Below the pieces are notes generated by a model, which made no database searches, was not told the DNA's origin, and saw only the letters and a program-made list of their open reading frames with translations. The translations under genes were made by a program, and so were the position numbers. A stretch of DNA of 64,000 nt from Raja brachyura (Eukaryota), in the NCBI GenBank assembly GCA_963514005.1, contig OY740811.1, positions 18,352,001-18,416,000 of the forward strand, read 5' to 3'. Positions 25,481-38,213 of this stretch are shown one piece after another. Positions within the stretch are counted from its first letter, which is position 1. The number at the start of each line of letters is the position of its first letter.

Positions 25481-26492
25481 ACAATGTAACTTGCTCCTAC
25501 CCTCTCCTGCTGTGCATCATTGGCCAGAACATGTGCCACAGATCTGGATGCTATTGCTGCCCTCCTCCGGAAGGCCTACTCCCACCCCCCCAAGATTATC
25601 TAAACAAGATGCTGATTAGCAAGGGGAATAGTAATACGAAAATCATCCAGTCGATGTCGCCCCCCCCCCCTATCTTTTCTGATGTCTCTCAATTACCTCT
25701 ATGCTTGCACCTTGGGTGTGACCTTCACAGATGCTCCGAAGAGAGTCTAACTAGCTCCAGTTGATACAGTTAGTCAGGAGCTGCAGCTTGACATACTTCC
25801 CACAGGTGTAATCACCAGGGACAATGGTAATTCTCTGATCTCCCACATCCTGCTGAGGAGAAAATGACTACCATAACTGCCATCTATAAACCATCAAGGC
25901 TACAGTGTAATGTAACAATCCAATCTCATTTTAATTCAACACTGCTCGACCTCCACGCGCTGCCAGGACTGGAAGCAGATACGATTTTCTAGAGACATCG
26001 ATATGCAAGGGTTGGAGAGATATGGTTCACGTGCAGGGCGAGGAGATTAGTTCAACCTGGCTTCATGCCTGGCACAAACATCGTGGGTCAAAGGGCCTAT
26101 TCCTGTGCTCTACTGTTCTATGTTCTATGTTAATATGTTTTCAAATTATATCACCTTAAAGCCACACAAAATATTTGTTAGGCTTTGTGATGTGTTTACA
26201 AGTCTTATAGTTGAATAATGTGCATTTGACTTGGTGTCTCTGGAAATAATTGCATTTCATGTTGTCTTCAACTCAAACTATTTTGAAGGGGTGTAGTTAA
26301 CTTTGGAACATTTTGTGTCACTAGATAAAGCAACTATATATGCTTCTGTTGCAGCAAAATTAAAGAATGATAGTTAAAAATATCATCCTCGAATCCTACA
26401 ACATTTGAAATGAATTACTCAAAAGTGATTTTTCTGGTACAGTTCAAGTCTTCTGTTCGTACAAACATTGAGGCTTAATGTTCTTTTTGTAG

Positions 26493-26627
26493 CAGAGCCT
26501 TCAAAATCACAAGCACGAAAACCTAAATGTGTTAAAGGTGTCCATTGTTCAAGAAATGCATATATGTTGGTGTACAGACGAAAAGTGGAAGAGTGCAAAG
26601 AAAAGGAAATAAGCGTGCAACTCCCGT
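26493..26627 (+). CDS. USP48: USP48 exon (135 nt; 132 nt if the second AG of TAGCAG is used), end of the catalytic domain
   Basis: tgtag|CAG...T|gtaagt; [45 protein letters not shown]. The NAYMLVY Met (26564-26566) should correspond to human M415 (from memory). Confidence 0.95.
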
Positions 26628-27605
26628 GTAAGTATCTGTATGTCTATCAATGGTTATATCCGTATGTTCAATACATTTTCACGTTGGTTACCATTAATGC
26701 TATAAATTGCATTTGTGGGATGTTTGAAAATGTCAATGTCCATCTGAAATTTAAGGCCGTCTTTTGTGAATGATTTTCCTTTTATGTTCACACTGCTAAA
26801 CTTGGAAAGTAATTTATAATCAAAGCAAAATTATTTCCGTAGCAGGTAAAACCTCCATTTAGCCAGCCTGCCCTGCTGAATCTGGTGCTTTCCCCAGGGC
26901 CAGTTTACTTTGCAACTGCCTAAGTTGCTACAATTGTACCATTGTCAGTGAACTGGGCTATGGAATGCTGGACATGAGGGAAACCTTGGTATTCCTGGCA
27001 TTCAATGTTGTTTTCATACAGTGGGCATGTATGTTGAATAATATTACCCATTCATTTATATCTCCTAATCTACTTCCTTGATTTGGCCAAATAGAGTGTC
27101 ACTTTTGATGGAATGTTCTGTAAGTGCTTTGTTTGTTCAGAGTTTCTTCCTTCCTGATCCATACGCCAGCCAGTTATATTCTTTGGCGTGGTGAAGTATT
27201 TTTCAAGAAAGATAATATTTGTCATCAACCTGCAGCCATTGATCCTATCGTTCAATTCAGTCAATACCAACGCTACCAAAGCTTTGAGTCTCCCAGTTGT
27301 ATACTCCTTCCCTCGGTGCCTCTTTTCTTGTTTAAAACTCTTAATTTACCATAGTTTTTGATGGTTGTCAATATAAAAAGTTGGCTGTACCATATTTGAC
27401 AAAACAGATATGTGTAGTTTTGCGACATTAAATATATTATTAAAGTAAATGTTACTATTACTATTCATGCCTCGAGCATTCTGAAGAAAATAAACTTAAT
27501 TCTCTTCCTATTGTTATATTGTGCAATTTTATTTTTATTGGTTGAAAAACAGTAAATCCATGATTTACCCCATTTCCTCAGGTATTTTCCTTCCCTTTTT
27601 TTCAG

Positions 27606-27755
27606 CACATTTACAGAAAATGGTTGAACGCGACAATAAAAAATTTGAAGAGTGGTGCATGGAAATGGCTGAGATGAGGAGGCAGAGTGTGGACAAGGGC
27701 AAAGCCAAGCATGAGGAGGTGCAAGAACTCTTTAACATGTTACCAACTAAAGAAG
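27606..27755 (+). CDS. USP48: USP48 exon (150 nt)
   Basis: ttcag|CA...G|gtctgt; [50 protein letters not shown]. Confidence 0.96.
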
Positions 27756-28299
27756 GTCTGTGAATTTACTACAATTTTTTTAAATGTGCAAACATATGTG
27801 AAAGATTGTATTGCAGGGAAGCTTCTTAGCATGTAGTAATATTTGTATGCTATACTGGGTCAGTAATGCATCCTGCATTAGATAGATGATGATAATAGTC
27901 CAGATTGTGTTGAGGCAGTGGGTTGTTGCAAATGTGAGGAGTGCGGTTTGCACTGGTTGGCTCAAAATAGAAGCCTTATTAGCAGGTCTGGGTGTTCAAA
28001 TTTGGAGGTAGGTCTGGATATCATAACCTAGTTGGTTGTGAAGATTAGTTGAAGATTTGATCCAGGGGAGTTGTCAGGAGAATGCATGAATATGCCTTTT
28101 CAGCACACGGGTGATTTATGAATGGAAGTACCAATTCAAATTTCTGAAATTGAGTGATTCAGTCTGGAAAAGGTGGCAATTGTGCTCTTTTTGGAAATTA
28201 CCAAATTTTTACCATTGTTTAGTGATTTGAATTGATGGCAAAAAAAATTCAAATATTAACGTAGAAGTTTCATTGGCCATCTTTCCTATCTATATCCCT

Positions 28300-29250
28300 C
28301 ATAATAAATCCATCCTATCCATTCTCCTTATACCTCAGTTCTACATTTTCGGCAACATCATGGTGAATCTTTTCTATGCCCGTTATTTTTCCCCACATTT
28401 CTTATTTACATACTGTAGCGACCAGAACTGAATACAATGATCCAAAAGTGACCAAACCAATCTTTTTTACAGCTACACATGACATCTCAACTCTTATGCT
28501 CAATGTATCAACCTTTAAAGGCAAGCATACCAAATGACTTTTTCACCACACTATCCACCTGTGTCACCACTTGCACCCCAAGGGCTGTCTGTACATCAAT
28601 GTTATTAAGCTTCCTACAATTTACTCCATATATTTTACCAGGATTTGATTTCCCAAGGACATAACCTTACACTTGTTGGAGTTAAATTCCATCTGCCACC
28701 ACTTTGTCCAACTTCATAGTTGATCCATGTCCTGCTGCATAATTAGACGATCGTTTTCACAGTCTAGAAGCACTCTACGACACCACTAATTTTCATTTTG
28801 CCTGAATAAGTACTCATTATACTAACTACATTCTGATTCAAATAATTACAAACAATCTGTAGACCAATTGTTCCAGACTTTTATCAGAAAATTATCCATT
28901 CACCATAACCCTTTGCTTCCTGTCACTTCAGATTGCCAATGTGGCTTGGATCCCTTGTGCCTGAACCTTCTGGATGAGACCTCCATACCTCGACAAAAGC
29001 CTTGCTAAAGTCCAAATAAATCACGTTTATTGCTCTGCTATCAGATTTTCTTATTTACCACCTCAAAAATGCAATTGGATTTGCGAGGCGTGATCTGCCT
29101 TGCACAACCCTCCGTGCTAAAACTCAGCCCCTGCCTTCCAAGTAAACATAAATCCTGTCCCTTAGAATTTTCTCCAACAACTTCCCTATCACTGAGTAGG
29201 GCTTGCTGGCCTGTAATTTCCAGGTTTATCCCTACTGTCCTTTTTGACTT
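28300..29250 (-). mobile_element. Old CR1 LINE RT fragment
   Basis: Collinear with the 24600-25440 copy (GAGTTAAATTCCATCTGCCA, AAAGCCTTGCTAAAGTCCA). Confidence 0.7.
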
Positions 29251-30070
29251 CTGACATTGCTCTTTGCTAGAATATTATCAAACAAAGTCTAGTCAAGCAA
29301 TACAGAGAGGTATTGAGGCACATGGCCAGAAACTTGTTCAGAAAATTAAGTTTTAGAAATGGAAACAGATGTGAAAGTGTCGTAAGGAAATTACAGAGCT
29401 TAGGGTCTTGCCAACTGGAAGCATCAGCAATAGTGGCATAATTAAATTAGGAAACGAAGATTGAAGTGGTCAGAATTAGAATAAAAGTTTAAAGAAATTA
29501 CAAGAATCTTATCGAAACTGCAAGAAATTTCTCCTTACTTTCCAATCGTGTCATCATTGTGCAGCACGAAATTGCCCCTTTAGCCCATGGCATGCATGCA
29601 TGCCAACCTTTTTGCCATCTGATTGTGGTTAAAGAATTATCAAATAGAAAACCTGCTCGTATATTTGAAAGGCATTGATCTATTTGTGTTTTTTTGTCAT
29701 TTACATTGAGATTAATTGATAGGCATAATAAAGGCCATTTAAGACCTATAGATTTAAGTTGACACCAAAAATGCAAAAGTATGAATGTCAATATCGGCAA
29801 CTTGGACAGGATGGTAGTTTTCCATTTTACATCTGCTATGGTATCATGACAAATAATTATATTCAGAGGATTTCAGAATATGAAAGCATTTTCTATAAAT
29901 TAATACAAGACAGTAACAAATTACCCATGAAAAACCAATTATAATGGACGACTATGCATAACTTGCAAAAAATAAGGGAATGTATTTATTGCTTGCTGTT
30001 TTAAGAATAAATTCAATTTTAATAGGTTGGAAAGTGTAGATTTACTACCTGCCCACCTTAGTACCCCAGT

Positions 30071-30216
30071 AGGTGACGTTTCGGATCGAGTCCCTTCTCC
30101 AGACCCGAAACATCACCCATTCCTTCTCTCCAAGAATGCTGCCTGTTCCACTGAGTTACTCCAGCATTTTTTGTCTATCTTTGATTTAAACCAGCATTTG
30201 CAATTCTTTCCTACAC
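30071..30216. repeat. Foldback Penelope-terminal element
   Basis: GGTGACGTTTCGG ... CCGAAACATCACC inverted around a degenerate hammerhead core. Confidence 0.75.
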
Positions 30217-30461
30217 ATTAGAGCCACAATAAATCTTCTTGTGAGTTTTCATAAGTTACAGCTCGTTGCTGTGTGCCATGTGCTTTTTATTTTATTTTCT
30301 TGCTGCTGCACATGAGCTGTGTGGGTTGGCCACACTCTGGAGGACACTGAATTTAGGCTCCTCAATGCCGTCCACAAACTTGGGATGGCCAGTATTGTAA
30401 ACTCCTGAGTATCTTGTTTAGGAGCAACTAAATGCAGTCCGACATCTCCGTGATAAAAGAT

Positions 30462-30558
30462 CGACACAAAATTCCGAGTGACTCGGCGGAACATGCAGCA
30501 TCTCTGGAGAGATGGAATGGGTGATGTTTCGGGTCGAGACCTGTCTTCAGACTGAGAT
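30462..30558 (-). repeat. Penelope terminal repeat with a hammerhead-like core
   Basis: Minus strand TCTCAGTCTGAAGACAGGTCTCGACCCGAAACATCACCC; adjacent duplication of GACTGAGATTCCTTC (30550, 30567). Confidence 0.75.
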
Positions 30559-30898
30559 TCCTTCTCGACTGAGATTCCTTCCCTGTAAACTAAATACGAT
30601 TATAGAGCGACCGTGACATGTTAGATTGTTCTACAAGCCTGTTGGTGGTTTTATCAAACTTATTCTGTCAATTCTTTTGGTTACCCTAGCCACAGTGCAC
30701 TGATTAGTTCACATCACTGAGCTAATGGTTCCTTGATGAAGAATGTACTCACATATTCCTTTGGGCGTTCCTTCCCTGTACAATTGGATACTGCCTGCTG
30801 TTGGCCAGCAGTTTTGCCCACTAATTTCATGTGTTCCTTCAAGGTTGCGTTGCTAGTTGAAAACCAGGTGCTAAAAGTTGACCTTTTTTTTGTTTTAG

Positions 30899-31099
30899 GA
30901 GAATGCTATGAATTTCTACCAGTGGACTGGCTACGAAAATGGTTGGATGATTCAGCGGTAACAAAGCCAGTTGATAATTCTCATCACTTGTGTGTACATA
31001 ACAGACTTATTCCTGATAAAATCTGTGATGTTAAAAGGATTTCTCAGAAAGCAGCTGATATCTTCTATGCTAGATATGGAGGTGGCCCCAGATTAGATG
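30899..31099 (+). CDS. USP48: USP48 exon (201 nt), DUSP region
   Basis: tttag|GA...G|gtaagt; [19 protein letters not shown]...[12 protein letters not shown]...[12 protein letters not shown]. Confidence 0.96.
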
Positions 31100-31424
31100 G
31101 TAAGTAGTTCATTTTCATATAACGCATGAATCATCCTGCTTTGACCTCTGCTTTAGCTTCCTGAACCATTTCACTGCTTCATAGAAGCATGAGGAATAAC
31201 ACCCCAACTGGATATAATTTAATCTTCTGAAACCCACCGTTTCGGATATTCAGCATTAACGTAATTTTAAAATGTTCACGTAAATTTAGTTAATTTCTCT
31301 GATTCCAGCAATGACTGCCAAAATTTCACATGTGTTCAGCAGCCAGTACATCAGGAAATTTAGCATTACGTAATATTCCTCAGAATGAAACACAATCAGT
31401 GATCAACAATCAGGGCCACGAAGA

Positions 31425-31615
31425 TCTGCAGAGGCTAGAATCTTGAGCAAAACACAATGCTGGAGGAACTCGGAGTTCAGGCGGCATCTATGGAGGAAAT
31501 GACAGGCAAATATATGGGTCAGGCCCCTTCTTCAGATCCATCTCAAGAAGGATCCCATCCCAAAATGGCACCTGTCCATTCCCTCTGCAAAGTTCCTCCA
31601 GCACTTTATGTTTTG
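31425..31615. repeat. Foldback Penelope-terminal element (diverged)
   Basis: TGCTGGAGGAACT...AGTTCCTCCAGCA arms; CTTCTTCAG and GAAGGATCCCATCC at the centre. Confidence 0.65.
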
Positions 31616-32557
31616 TAGCAATTGTTATATCCTGTTTTGAAGTTCAGAAGGCTTACTACAGGTACTACGGCCTTTTATGTGCCAGTTTCTAGCTCGTTTT
31701 GTTTAATCTGAATGAAGTTAAGACTTCATTTTATAATAAACGTGGCATGGGTCTTATCCAAATGCACCACAGTTTGGTATGGCAACTGCTCTGCTCAGGA
31801 ACGCAAGAAATTGCAGAGTTGTGAACGCAGCCCTGCCCATTACTCAAACCAGCCTCCGACCCCAGGCCTTGGGTTTTGATGGTTTGTTAAGTTGAGCATA
31901 GTTGAATTTAAAATACCAGCCAAGGAGGCAAACAACGATGTTGGATGGTGTTTAAGAACACGCACTCATTTGATGTCCTTTCCATGCGAGTTAAATGTTT
32001 TTGAATAAGGTTGCTTAATTATCTCAGTAATTGTTTTAAACTGATGGAGTGCTTCTTTTGGAGGTCACATGCCCAGAATGAATTTTAAATTTGCAAAGAT
32101 GACTGATATGGAGAATAGATAGTACATTTTGATGCAGCATTTAATTTTGATGTAACAGTCTTTTTGCCACATTTGAGAAAGCTTGCCATTGCTGTCAATT
32201 ATTTTGACAAGTGGAATTTAATTTTGCTTTAAGCATCATCAATACAAACTTTAAAAAGGAACAAGTACCATAAAGCACCTTCTTTCGGTCATTCTAACTG
32301 ACTTAAAATGCTTCTCAGTGTTTCATCTCGGTGTTTGAAAGCTGCCCTTTCCACTGTACCCTGCCTTCTCTTCCCGTCTGCTCTGAATGCTGGCTTTTCT
32401 TTCTTTGATTTATATGGTTATCTCCTGCTCCTTTTTATTCCCCTTATTCAATTTCTGACCAACCAACAGCAAACAAGCAAGGTAGAATTTATCTGATCTT
32501 TCCTGGTTTCATACCAAGCATTGTGAGAAGCTCCCTCTCATTTATCACATTTGGTTA

Positions 32558-32886
32558 ATTGATTTCTCTAACTTCAAGTAACCCTTGCTTTCCTTGTCTC
32601 TCCATTCCTCTCCCACCCAGTTCCCTCACTAGTTTCACTGCCCTGATTAATTTGACTGTTTGTATGCCTTGTTGTCATCTTCCCCTCAACCAACAATGAA
32701 CCATTCTACTTTTCCTTGATCATCGTCTGCTTTCATCCGTCTTTCCACGCCTTGTCCTTCCATATCTCTAGTTTCCCTCTCCCTGACTCTCAGTCTGAAG
32801 AAGGATCTCGATCCGAAATGTCACCCATTTCTTTTCTCCAGAGATGCTGTCTAATCCGCTGAGTTACCCCAGCATTTTGTGTCTAT
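32558..32886 (+). mobile_element. Penelope-like element 3' end: ORF stop, 3' UTR, hammerhead core and terminal repeat
   Basis: IDFSNFK* (32558-32581), pyrimidine-rich UTR, CTGAAGA A GGAT-ctcg-ATCC GAAA TGTC (32795-32822). Confidence 0.8.
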
Positions 32887-33063
32887 CACCTTTGGCTTTT
32901 CCGTTCTCTCCAAAATTTGTTCGGCCCAATTTTAAGTATGAAATCTTGAAATTTAAGTAATCATTTGCAAAATTATCTCATGACATGTTCCTTGTGTACT
33001 TATGTTTATCAAAAAATTGTAACTTCGACTCGGTTTATTTGTTTATGCATGTGTTTTCTGCAG

Positions 33064-33087
33064 CAATGAAGTTATTGGATGTGCATG
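33064..33087 (+). CDS. USP48: Candidate alternative 24-nt microexon of USP48 (adds AMKLLDVH)
   Basis: ttttctgcag|CAATGAAGTTATTGGATGTGCATG|gtatct; phase 1-1 matches the flanking exons; no stop; about 105 nt upstream without any AG. Confidence 0.45.
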
Positions 33088-33416
33088 GTATCTGATTGTT
33101 ACCTTCAGCATTGGAGCATTTTCACTCTTTAATCTTACCCGTGATAAAACCTGAATCTTGCAGAAATTGGTGCTAATGTTGAAACAATAATATCCAAAAT
33201 TAGAGAGCAGGTGTGCTTGTGTAGCATAACTATGTTTTCAGCTCTTTACTTGTGAAATCCTTTGTCTGTTAAATATCTGAATGTATGCTTTAAGCAAAAT
33301 GTTAAACGTCGTTAATCTGTTCATAATCTTTATTTAATACTTGGACATCTAAAAAATGTAACGTATATGAAATTTGTAAGAAAGATCAACTAATCAATAA
33401 TTGTTCTTATCCCTAG

Positions 33417-33531
33417 CTTCTGCTTTATGTAGAGATTGTGTCATGGAGAAATGTAGGATACTTAGATTAAAGAATCAATTAAATGAAGATTACAAGATTA
33501 TCTCCAATCTAACCAGAATCACACTACAAAG
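33417..33531 (+). CDS. USP48: USP48 exon (115 nt)
   Basis: cctag|CT...AG|gtattt; [38 protein letters not shown] (not in the ORF track). Confidence 0.95.
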
Positions 33532-33714
33532 GTATTTATTACTTTGAAATTATCCTAATTATTTCCAAATCACTGAAAACCATTGCTTATTGTTCTGATG
33601 GGAGTGTTGGATTATTAGTTTTAAATGCACTGATATGCTTTGTGACATTGTACTGCAGGTTTTCATTCCTGATTTTTCTTCTTCATGCAGCAACGGCAAC
33701 ATCCCTTTGTAAGG

Positions 33715-33985
33715 CTAACATTTAATGCCTATGCCTAATTGCCCTTGAGAAGGTGGTGGTGAATCTCCCATCTTGAACTGCTGCATTCTTTGTGATGAAG
33801 GCACACCCACAGTGCTGTTAGGTAGGGAGTTCCAGGATTTTGACCCAATGATCAAGGAATGCAAATATTTTTCCAACTCACAATGGTATTGCATGACTTG
33901 GAAGAAAACGTGAAGGCAACGGTGTTGCCGTGTGCCTTCTGTGCTTGTCCTTCTAGATGATACAGGTTGTAGATTTGGGAGGAGC
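33715..33985 (-). mobile_element. L2/CR1-group LINE 3' end; similar remnants at about 55265-55430 (-) and 59170-59300 (+)
   Basis: GSKSWNSLPNSTVGVPS...QQFK and CACCACCTTCTCAAGGGCAATTAGG. Confidence 0.7.
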
Positions 33986-35739
33986 TGTTCGAGATTTTCT
34001 TCCACGCCTTCACCTCACTAGTGACACCCTAGATTTCTTTGGCATAGTGCTGTGGAAGGAGGAACGATGGGGTGGGTGAAAATTAATACTTTCCTGATTC
34101 GACCTTCTAGCATAAGAGAGCAACTTAAAATAGGAAACTTGAACCAAGCAATACATCAAGGCCCTAGTCTGATTAAACAAAATGATCTGCACATTACCAT
34201 GCATATTTTTGTTGTTGTTGCCCTTTGCTATTTTTCTGATTTTGGAGTCTTTGAGTTCTTTATTCAAGCAATTTTCTACTTCACTGTCAGTATTTGAGAT
34301 TCATCCTCATTCCGAGTTTGTTTGATTTGGCAATATAATTGTTAATTTACAGACAAAATTACATATTGTCAAAGATCACATCTCGTGCAGTTAACGTTTA
34401 CAGGAATATATTGTAGTTCAGACCATTTTGTTTGACTGCATCAATGATTGAGTGCCATTAGGCTTTATAGCCAAGGAAATGTAGATTTGCCGGTCGCTGC
34501 AGGACTGCAAGCATCTTTTGCCATGCGAGAAATTGTTTCTCGGCCACATTTTCCAACTTGCAAACTATTCGAGCTGAGAAACGTTCATATGAATGGAACC
34601 CTGTTGTAACCGATGCATGACTTGTAAGGCTTTTGACAAGGTCTAATGTGGAAAACTGGTTCATAAGGTTAAAACTCAAACAGTAGGGGTGCCAGCACCA
34701 ATCCTGTTTTACAGCACTGGTCACAGACTTCCAATGCAATACATAACTTCTACAACCACTCTCGGCCTCCCTTTAATTCAAGCTAATTTTGAAGCTAATT
34801 TGCCACTTGCTGAGAATTCCATGGTAGTACTGCTTTTGTTTTGATTGATAACTTTCTTGCAATGAGTCTTGACAACTTTCTGTTAGGTTAAAGAAATCGA
34901 AATAGAAGACTTGCTCTTTTTGTTGGATCAATTCCTAATCCTGACCATCATCAACTAAATTGTGCCCGTACATTTCTGACGATAAAGTATTTAATGGACT
35001 TTAAAGGTTGCAATTTAAGTATAATTGCAGTGTTCATAGTTTTTTTTTATTTAGAAGGTTTTAAAAAATACCCATGTCCACAAATCAATATTTTCTCAAT
35101 ATTTTGTAATCCCAGCCTTTAGATTTTAGATTTTTTTTTTTTTAATCATCAACATTTTAATCTAAGTTCCTATTTGTCAGGGACAACTAGGAACTCAGAT
35201 TAACATTTAGATGAACTTTCTTTCATAGTAAATCAAATAACATGGACACTGGTTTTGAGGAGTTCTTCATAACAAGCACATTGCTTCACAAATGCCATGC
35301 TTACCTGTGAGTACCTTTTGGAATTCAGAACTCAATTTTGATTCAAAGTTATCTGCCTATAGCAGAGAGCAAATAAATGTATTTCTGCAGCACACTGCAG
35401 TCTAAAAAAGCTTCAAAGCCCTTTCCTGCCAACAATTTTTTTTTTTTGGTATGTAGCTACAGTTGCATATGAAAAATAGCATTGATAGTGTACATGTCAA
35501 GATTCCTCACACAGCAATAAGATAAATAATAAATAACCTGTTGAAGAGGTCGGCGTCAAAAGATTTTGGGGCAAGTCCCACTCTGGAAATTTGAGACTCT
35601 AGCCTCTCATTGGCACTCGGGCATGTGATGAGCCAGGTTTAGATAACCCACCTAACAGTCTAATTGTAATAATTATAAGAATTAGCTTAATATCAGCCAG
35701 AGAGTCAGTCATCTCAGAATCTGATTGCTTTGGCCCAGC

Positions 35740-35981
35740 ATGTCCATGCCAATTGCTTTTGCCCATATGATATCTGTGTGGTTTACACGTTCTCCCTGTG
35801 TGTGGGTTTCCTCCCACATCCCAAAGACGTGCCGGTTTGTAGGATAATTGGGCCTTGGTTAAAATTCCCCCTTGTGCATAGGGAGTGGGATAATGTAGGA
35901 CTTGTGTGTCTTGATATTCGAAGTGGAAGGTGGGCCGAAGGGCTTGTTTCCATGCTGTATCTCTAAATTAAACTAAACTAA
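35740..35981 (+). mobile_element. V-SINE fragment
   Basis: GTTCTCCCTGTGTGTGGGTTTCCTCCCACATCCCAAAGACG...CTGTATCTCTAAATTAAACTAAACTAAA. Confidence 0.75.
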
Positions 35982-36044
35982 AGCAACTCCAATAGACTAG
36001 CCATATCCACCCCTGCAACAGTTGCTCTCCAGGTTTATGATGAC

Positions 36045-36390
36045 AAAATATTTCCAGAGCATAGAAATACACTTCAAGGACATTTATAACATTGTTTTGA
36101 AAAATTGTTACTTCCTGAAACAGGAAGCCCTGGCTTGTAATCATTCAAAATGGCAAAGGAGCATCTGTGAAGACACAGAGCGCTTTGGGTCTCTGCCACA
36201 GCTCGCAGAGACCGGTTGCAAACAGGAGAAGAAGTACTCAACATCTATACACACGTCCACCTGTTCTGTGAAGCATCATGAGCCCTACTTATGGCAGTGT
36301 ACATGGAACCTGCATGGGACTCATTGATCAACTCGGAAACCAAAGAACTGGAATGGAAGCAAGTTCTTCTCGGTCCTGACGAACTGCGTC
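36045..36390 (+). mobile_element. RTE-clade LINE 3' end, degraded
   Basis: FKDI..VLKNC...EALACNHSKWQRSI resembles the RTE ORF C-terminus; GGAAGCAAGT..TCTCGGTCCTGA..AACTGC 3' UTR. Confidence 0.55.
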
Positions 36391-38070
36391 AGGAAAAGGA
36401 ACGTAAATTAGTTCATTGAAAATTGTCAGCTGATCAGCGATAGTGAGGGTGAATTGGTAAATTGGAGGTCATTCTATTTAAATCTTAAGAGGTGATTAAA
36501 TCAATGAACAGGTATAAGATTTTAATTTTTCGCGAGATCACATTACTTACCCAGTGAGGCATAATAACATGTTTGTTGTTTTTTTTATAGTAGCTGCTAC
36601 AAATCAGTTAATCTGGCATCAACCCTCTCACCTTGTTCCTGTACATCTTCTTAAAGTTGTCTTAAGGGGCAATGCATGAAACACCCCATTTCCTCATTCA
36701 TTTTACTGGAGCAGGAAGTTCCTCAGATGAAATGTCATTTCAGCAATACTCCATGAACTCTATTGTAATTTTGAACTTATGGAAGGACAATAGCATGCAT
36801 TTATCTTAGCTTGGTTACCTGTCAGAAACTCTTACATTATTTAGATCTCTAACTTTTTTTTGACAAACAGATCAGATTACGTAATTCTAAATGGTGATGA
36901 CCCCAACCTTTTATAAAGCTGCAGTATGTTTTACACCACCCTGATTGATCATATTAATGGCAGTGACAGCTGCTCAATCCTTATTTTTTATGACTTTGAA
37001 GTTCGAAATTTCCACCAAAATTGAATGCAATTTTAACAGCGCACAAAATTCTCTGTTCCCACACACAGCTTTTTTCTGTAAAGTTGGTCAGCAAAAACTG
37101 CAATTGACTACATTATAGTTTCCAATGACTGCATGTTGTTGCAGATTAAATGCTCACCTGTTGTAACTTTAATCTATTACGAGGTAGTCAAAGCCGTACT
37201 TCAAATCTCTTTCAATCTTTCAACACCAGGGGTCGCAGAAGTCTATTTTTTTCAAATTTCATTGGGAGATTCTGTAAATTATTCTCACCTTGAATGTACG
37301 GAAGTGTTTTGGCACATTGTAAGATTGTATAGGCAACTAGATATCCTGAAAGTTTTGAAATAATATTTTAAGAGATTTTAATAAATTTGCTGTTTGTATG
37401 AAATGCATTTTGGTTTCATAGAGAGCATTTTAAGGGCTTCAGAGCTTGGAATTACAAAACATTTAAGTTATTTTCATGGGTTAATGTATGACCCATTTGG
37501 AATAGCAATGTTTATCTTTTGAATGTCCTCATTTTTAAATGGTGTTTTTCGATGTTAACACAATGTTTGACTCCAGACAGTGATGCAAAATTTGTTTTTG
37601 TCTGCAAGACTTTAAATATAATTTCCATTAGAATATAGTTTTCATAAATATGAGGCAGGAGCCTGTTATGTAGGGTGATAATTAATACTCTCTTTTGCTA
37701 TGACCATAAGCTGAGCAAAACAATTAATTGGAAAGATGACTAATGCTCATTAATAAACCCACGTTATTTCATTCAAGGCTATCAATGGAATGAAAATTGT
37801 GCAAATTCTATAAATTAGTAAGGATCTTTTGCACCTTACTGCTTTTGACATGGGTATGGCAGGGTAAATAATCCTACCTTAAATACAAATCTTCCATCTT
37901 TTATTTTCTGATGTCTTGTTCACTTTTACTAAACCAATTTAGATTCAATATAGTATTAACAGTGAAATTTACACTGTTGTGAAATCACAAACTACTTTGA
38001 GAATTAGTGATTAATGTTTTTTTTAAGTAAACGATGCCTAACAAGTTTTCAACTTTTGTGACTTTCCTAG

Positions 38071-38213
38071 CCATGAAGGATACTGGGTTGGTAAAGCTTC
38101 GCTTCGAAGCTGGCGTCAACTAGCACTCGAACAGCTGGATGGAAAGGACGATGACTCTGATCGTACTGATGGGAAAAGCAATGGAGAAGGTCCAAACAAT
38201 CTGCATGCCAAAG
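38071..38213 (+). CDS. USP48: USP48 exon (143 nt)
   Basis: cctag|C...G|gtattt; [47 protein letters not shown]. Confidence 0.95.

Noticed and set aside
27582-27605. Upstream in-frame acceptor (CCTCAG|GT) adding 8 aa, or a recursive splice site
   Set aside because: The 24 nt are the polypyrimidine tract of the strong acceptor at 27605; nothing supports use of the upstream AG.
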